A stretch of 11,196 nucleotides of DNA from Candidatus Cloacimonadota bacterium (lineage in GTDB: Bacteria; Cloacimonadota; Cloacimonadia; Cloacimonadales; WRIO01), in NCBI GenBank assembly GCA_029564175.1, contig JAKQQL010000264.1, positions 1-11,196 on the forward strand, read 5' to 3'. Within the stretch, counting starts at the first letter, position 1. Each line of letters begins with the position of its first letter. Both the position numbers and the translations under genes were made by a program. The notes under the pieces are model-generated. The model searched no databases. It had not been told where the DNA came from and saw nothing but the letters and a program-made list of their open reading frames with translations. This document shows, piece by piece, positions 7,778 through 11,196 of the stretch.

Positions 7778-9175
7778 ATGATAGATAAAAAAGAGATCCG
7801 AATCCTCATCGTTGATGACGAAGAAGAGACTCGTGAGATTTTTCAACGAAAACTGTCCAAAACCTATCAGACAGAGACCGCTTCATCTGTGGATAAAGCA
7901 CTCGTTTTACTTGAAAAAGAAACCTTTCATCTGGTATTGACAGACCTCGTCATGCCTGAAAAGAGCGGAATAGATTTTCTTACGCTGATTAAGGAAAAAT
8001 ACCCTTATATACCGGTCATTGTTATTTCCGGAAATGCCTCTCTTTCCATGGTTGTAAAAGCCATGCAGATGGGGGCAGCCGACTTTATCGAAAAACCGGT
8101 GGAAGACCTTGATCTGCTGATGCTGATCGTCAACCGTGTACTGACCAATCAGTGGAATCTCGATGAGTTAAAACGTTTGCAGATCATGCTCAGTGATAAT
8201 TTTGACCGCTCAATTTTGATTGGCAACAGTTTTCTCATCCAAAAACTGCTGGATAAAGTAAAACGTATCGCTCAGGTGGACAGTACGGTTCTGATTTCAG
8301 GCGAAACAGGTGTGGGTAAAGAAGTTTTTGCTGAAATCATCTATCGAAACAGTGCGCGGAAAACCAAAAAGTTTGTAACTGTTAACTGCGGCTCTCTGCC
8401 CGAATCCTTGTTAGAGAGTATGCTTTTTGGTCATAAAAAAGGTTCATTCACTTCAGCAATCAGAGATCAGATCGGTTATTTTGAAGAAGCAAACGGCGGT
8501 ACGCTCTTTCTTGATGAAATTTCGGAAACCAGTCCCTCATTTCAGACAAAACTGTTAAGAGTTCTTGAAAAAAGGGTGATCAGACGTATTGGAGATTCAG
8601 TTGATATCCCCATCGATGTGCGGATCATTGCGGCTACGAATCGTGATCTCTACCAGTATGTTCAGGATGGTCAATTCAGGGAAGATCTCTACTACCGTCT
8701 CAATGTTGTTCAAATCAGCATCCCGCCTCTCCGTGAAAGACCTGAAGATATCGAAGCCCTGGCAAATCACTTTGTCAAACTCTTTGCAATTCAATACAAT
8801 AAACCGGTGGAAAAAGTCTCCCCCACTGCCTCTGCCATCTTATGCCGACACCACTGGAACGGTAACGTCAGAGAACTGAAAAATGCCATCGAACACTGCG
8901 TGATCATGACCAGTCAAAACATCATCACCAGTGAAGATTTGCCAGCATACCTCCACACCCAACCCATTGAAGGCACATCTGCTCCCGATATAACCGACTT
9001 TCTCAATCTCTCATACGCTGAAGCAAAAGACTACTTCGATAAACTCTACCTTTCCTCACTCCTGCAAACCACTAAAGGGGATGTCACCCAGGCATCCGGT
9101 AAATCAGGTATTGCCAGACAAAACCTCTATGATAAATTCAAAAAATACGGCATCGACCCGGAAAAATACAGATAA
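7778..9175 (+). CDS. sigma54-dependent response regulator (REC-AAA+-Fis HTH, NtrC family); PilR-like by context
   Basis: ILIVDDE and LTDLVMP receiver motifs; Walker A GETGVGKE; ESMLFGHKKGSFTSA; Walker B LFLDEI; RIIAATNRDL; FREDLYYRLNV; WNGNVREL; C-terminal HTH; AAGGAG RBS. Confidence 0.95.
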   Translation: MIDKKEIRILIVDDEEETREIFQRKLSKTYQTETASSVDKALVLLEKETFHLVLTDLVMPEKSGIDFLTLIKEKYPYIPVIVISGNASLSMVVKAMQMGAADFIEKPVEDLDLLMLIVNRVLTNQWNLDELKRLQIMLSDNFDRSILIGNSFLIQKLLDKVKRIAQVDSTVLISGETGVGKEVFAEIIYRNSARKTKKFVTVNCGSLPESLLESMLFGHKKGSFTSAIRDQIGYFEEANGGTLFLDEISETSPSFQTKLLRVLEKRVIRRIGDSVDIPIDVRIIAATNRDLYQYVQDGQFREDLYYRLNVVQISIPPLRERPEDIEALANHFVKLFAIQYNKPVEKVSPTASAILCRHHWNGNVRELKNAIEHCVIMTSQNIITSEDLPAYLHTQPIEGTSAPDITDFLNLSYAEAKDYFDKLYLSSLLQTTKGDVTQASGKSGIARQNLYDKFKKYGIDPEKYR

Positions 9176-9177
9176 AA

Positions 9178-9212
9178 ATTCCCATCCCGTGGAGGGGTGG
9201 CACGAAGTGGTA
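9178..9212 (+). repeat. Repeat family A, partly deleted copy
   Basis: ATTCCCATCCCGTGGAGGGGTGGCACGAAGTGGTA, 2 nt after the regulator stop codon. Confidence 0.85.
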
Positions 9213-9256
9213 CGTTTAATTGTGAATTATAAATGTTGAATGATAAATGAGTTAAA

Positions 9257-9458
9257 ATTCCCCTCCCATGGAGGGGTGGCACTAGTAGAGACGCGATTAA
9301 TCGCGTCTTTACGGGGTGGTACGTTAAAAAAATGATATTGGTATTTCTGTAAATCTTATCTTACCTGATATCATCTATTTATCTACAACATGATCTTAAA
9401 ACATAAACAAAACTTACCACCCCGCCCCAAAGGGGCACCCCTCCACAGGAGGGGAATT
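9257..9458. repeat. Family A inverted doublet 2, left arm carrying a nested GTAG palindrome
   Basis: Forward arm 9257-9321, 91-bp spacer, reverse arm 9413-9458. Confidence 0.85.
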
Positions 9459-9523
9459 GGATCTGTCCTTTTAATAAATTTATATTAATATTCCCATCCC
9501 GTGACGGGGTGGTAAGCTAAAAA

Positions 9524-9952
9524 CTAATACGCTTTCTCCGAAAAAGCCGGATGATGATACAAATAAAACAGAATATCATCCAGTCTCTGCATTATATCAG
9601 AAACAGAAATACGTATAACGGTTAACCCTAACGATTCAAGATATAAGTGTCTTCTTTCATCATATTCCATTTTCTCATCATGGGATATTCCATCTATCTC
9701 TATCACAACCTGACAACTAACACAATAGAAATCAACAATATAATTACCAATCACCTTCTGTCTGTCAAAATCTAAACCTTTAAACTGACCTTTCTTAATA
9801 CGATTCCAGAATAAGACTTCTGGCATATTCCCTGCCTTACGGAGTTCTCTTGCTCTTTGTTTTAATTCTGGATTATAAGGCAAACTAAACATTTTTTTGC
9901 TTGCTCTTCTTTGTTTTTTCTCAAATTCCTCTTCAACATCAAGTTCTTTCAT
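9524..9952 (-). CDS. DUF559 family endonuclease-domain protein (Vsr-like PD-(D/E)XK fold)
   Basis: LPYNPELKQRARELRK...EVLFW; FDRQKVIGNYIVDFYC; VIEIDGISH; YDERR..YLESLGLTVIRI. Confidence 0.9.
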   Translation of the reverse strand: MKELDVEEEFEKKQRRASKKMFSLPYNPELKQRARELRKAGNMPEVLFWNRIKKGQFKGLDFDRQKVIGNYIVDFYCVSCQVVIEIDGISHDEKMEYDERRHLYLESLGLTVIRISVSDIMQRLDDILFYLYHHPAFSEKAY

Positions 9953-9982
9953 TTGACTTACCTATTAGTGAATTTAAATGTA

Positions 9983-10011
9983 ATGATAACACTGTTTACA
10001 CAAGAAGTCAA
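9983..10011 (-). promoter_or_regulatory. sigma70-type promoter of the DUF559 gene
   Basis: TTGACT (10011..10006) - 17 nt - TATCAT (9988..9983). Confidence 0.7.
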
Positions 10012-10089
10012 GTATTTTTACTTTTGATTCTTTTCTAAACTTACCACCCCGTCACTTCGTGCCACCCCTCCACAGGAGGGGAATTACTT

Positions 10090-10140
10090 TGTCATAAAAA
10101 AATGACAATATTTTCATGACACTGTCACAAATTCATGACA
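10090..10140. promoter_or_regulatory. Putative upstream activator sequence for the pilin sigma54 promoter, copy 2
   Basis: Two TGTCA-N8-TGACA palindromes (10090-10107, 10123-10140) offset by 33 bp, plus an extra TGACA at 10117. Confidence 0.6.
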
Positions 10141-10216
10141 AGATTTATAGTATCGTCAGAGAATTTTATAACTTTAGCACAAATATCAGAAGAAATATTT
10201 TCCGATAGATATAAAA

Positions 10217-10309
10217 ATTCCCCTCCCGTGGAGGGGTGGTACGTTTAATTATGAATTATAAATGTTGAATGATTAATGAGTTAAAATTCCCCTCCACAGG
10301 AGGGGAATT
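10217..10309. repeat. Family A short copy plus collapsed palindromic copy
   Basis: Short copy at 10217-10241; perfect hairpin AATTCCCCTCC-ACA-GGAGGGGAATT at 10285-10309. The linker between them is nearly identical to 9213-9256. Confidence 0.85.
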
Positions 10310-10341
10310 GACCTGCACCTTCAAACAAAATGTACAATAGC

Positions 10342-10522
10342 ATTCCCCTCCCATGGAGGGGTGGCACGAAGTGACGGGGTGGTACGTTAAAAATATATTG
10401 ATAAAGGTGTTTCTCAAATTATATGTTACCAGATATCAGCTGGTTAGCAAAAAAAGATCATACAGCATAAGCATCACTTACCACCCCGCCCCAAAGGGGC
10501 ACCCCTCCACAGGAGGGGAATT
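10342..10522. repeat. Family A inverted doublet 3
   Basis: Forward arm 10342-10384, 92-bp spacer, reverse arm 10477-10522 (identical to 9413-9458). Confidence 0.85.
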
Positions 10523-10554
10523 TTGCTCATCCCTACAAACACTCAGCCTGCTGT

Positions 10555-10571
10555 TTGGCACAGAAATGGCA
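10555..10571 (+). promoter_or_regulatory. sigma54 (-24/-12) promoter of the pilin gene
   Basis: TTGGCACAGAAATGGCA (GG-N10-GC), 40 nt upstream of ATG 10612. Confidence 0.8.
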
Positions 10572-10611
10572 ATATAACTTCCTAAGAATAATAAAAAGAT
10601 AGGAGGGTCCA

Positions 10612-11049
10612 ATGGGAACTCAACAAATCCTTATGATCGTATTATCAGTTATCGTTGTAGGTGCAGCGGTAGCGGTTGGTATTCAGATGTTTGACACACA
10701 AGCAACCAATGCTCAAAGAAATGCAATTGCTGGTGACTTACAGAATTTTAGTGCTCAGGTTTTAGCTTATATGAGAACTCCAGCTTCTATGGGTGGTGGA
10801 AAAGGTACAGCAACTGCTGACAGAGCAAATTTAGCAAGTTACTTAGGTTTTGACAAGTCTACCTATAAATTAACAAACGCTAATGGTACTTACACACTTC
10901 TTGCTCCTGCTGCAAATCAGGTACAGATTCAAGGTCATGATGCTGCTACTGCTGCTGCTTCAAAAAGTGACTTAACAGCAACAATCAATACTACTGTTGG
11001 TGCTGATGCAGGTACTGCAATTTCTGTAAAAAATTCTGCAACTGAATAA
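10612..11049 (+). CDS. Type IV pilin-like protein, probable major pilin, lacking a class III leader
   Basis: MGTQQ followed by a hydrophobic helix ILMIVLSVIVVGAAVAVGI and an amphipathic helix; small Ala/Thr-rich head; AGGAGG RBS; own sigma54 promoter and terminator; followed by a PilC-like frame. Confidence 0.7.
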   Translation: MGTQQILMIVLSVIVVGAAVAVGIQMFDTQATNAQRNAIAGDLQNFSAQVLAYMRTPASMGGGKGTATADRANLASYLGFDKSTYKLTNANGTYTLLAPAANQVQIQGHDAATAAASKSDLTATINTTVGADAGTAISVKNSATE

Positions 11050-11069
11050 AAACTAAATAAAAGTTTATT

Positions 11070-11097
11070 AAAGGGGAAGGTTTCTTCCCCTTTTTTT
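11070..11097 (+). terminator. Rho-independent terminator after the pilin gene
   Basis: AAAGGGGAAG-GTTT-CTTCCCC followed by T7. Confidence 0.85.
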
Positions 11098-11107
11098 GAG
11101 GTGATTT

Positions 11108-11196
11108 ATCAAAGAATATAAATATAATGCAATCCATATCTCAGGTAAACAGATTAATGGACTGATTCAGGCCAAAAACAAAGCAGAAGCCAAGAT
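11108..11196 (+). CDS. Partial CDS, probable N-terminus of a PilC/GspF (type II secretion F family) platform protein
   Basis: Open frame IKEYKYNAIHISGKQINGLIQAKNKAEAK matches the typical PilC start 'M..(F/Y).Y.A....GK...G.I.A....EA'. GAGGTG RBS at 11098-11103. The apparent start codon is ATC. Confidence 0.6.
   Translation, partial: MKEYKYNAIHISGKQINGLIQAKNKAEAK

Larger units (their letters stand above)
9490..10085. mobile_element. Candidate element: DUF559 gene bracketed by inverted family A repeats
   Basis: Forward short copy 9490-9516 and full reverse copy 10040-10085, both with the GGTGGTAAG end pointing inward, as in the gene-less doublets. Mobility is inferred, not shown. Confidence 0.5.

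Noticed and set aside
8589..8879. ORFs 8589-8879 (+) and 8597-8794 (-)
   Set aside because: They overlap the conserved AAA+ domain of the response regulator.
9968..9989. Resemblance of the DUF559 upstream region (GTGAATTTAAATGTAATGATAA) to the 44-bp inter-repeat linker with its loose 7-bp periodicity
   Set aside because: AT-rich, gapped and short; chance similarity cannot be excluded.
10362..10377. TGGCACG within family A repeats as a sigma54 -24 box
   Set aside because: GG-N10 is followed by CG, not GC, so there is no -12 element.
9178..10522. CRISPR array interpretation of the family A repeats
   Set aside because: Copies alternate in orientation, vary in length, have irregular and mutually homologous spacers, and no cas genes are visible.
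10353..10577. 74-aa plus-strand ORF
   Set aside because: Composed of doublet 3 and the sigma54 promoter; a repeat-derived spurious ORF.

Overview
AT-rich bacterial window. The leaderless MG-type pilin-like proteins suggest an FCB-group organism such as Cloacimonadota (inference only). Left part: the possible 5' end of a FliA/WhiG-like sigma factor gene, a PDZ/DUF512 Fe-S protein and a divergent class I/II PLP aminotransferase. The rest looks like a sigma54-controlled type IV pilus locus: a PilX-like protein (-), a sensor kinase, an NtrC-family activator (GSFTSA variant), a probable major pilin without a class III leader, and the start of a PilC/GspF-like gene that lacks a canonical start codon. 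Both pilin-like genes have almost the same sigma54 promoter (TTGGCACAGAwwTGGCA). A 51-bp TGTCA/TGACA enhancer-like module occurs twice with identical spacing. Overlaid on this are 12 copies of a GC-rich double-hairpin repeat. Two of them, inverted, bracket a DUF559 endonuclease gene with its own promoter; three further inverted pairs form gene-less doublets. This RAYT/REPIN-like architecture built around a DUF559 nuclease is the best candidate for an undescribed system. GTAG-type REPs are also present, one nested inside the main repeat.
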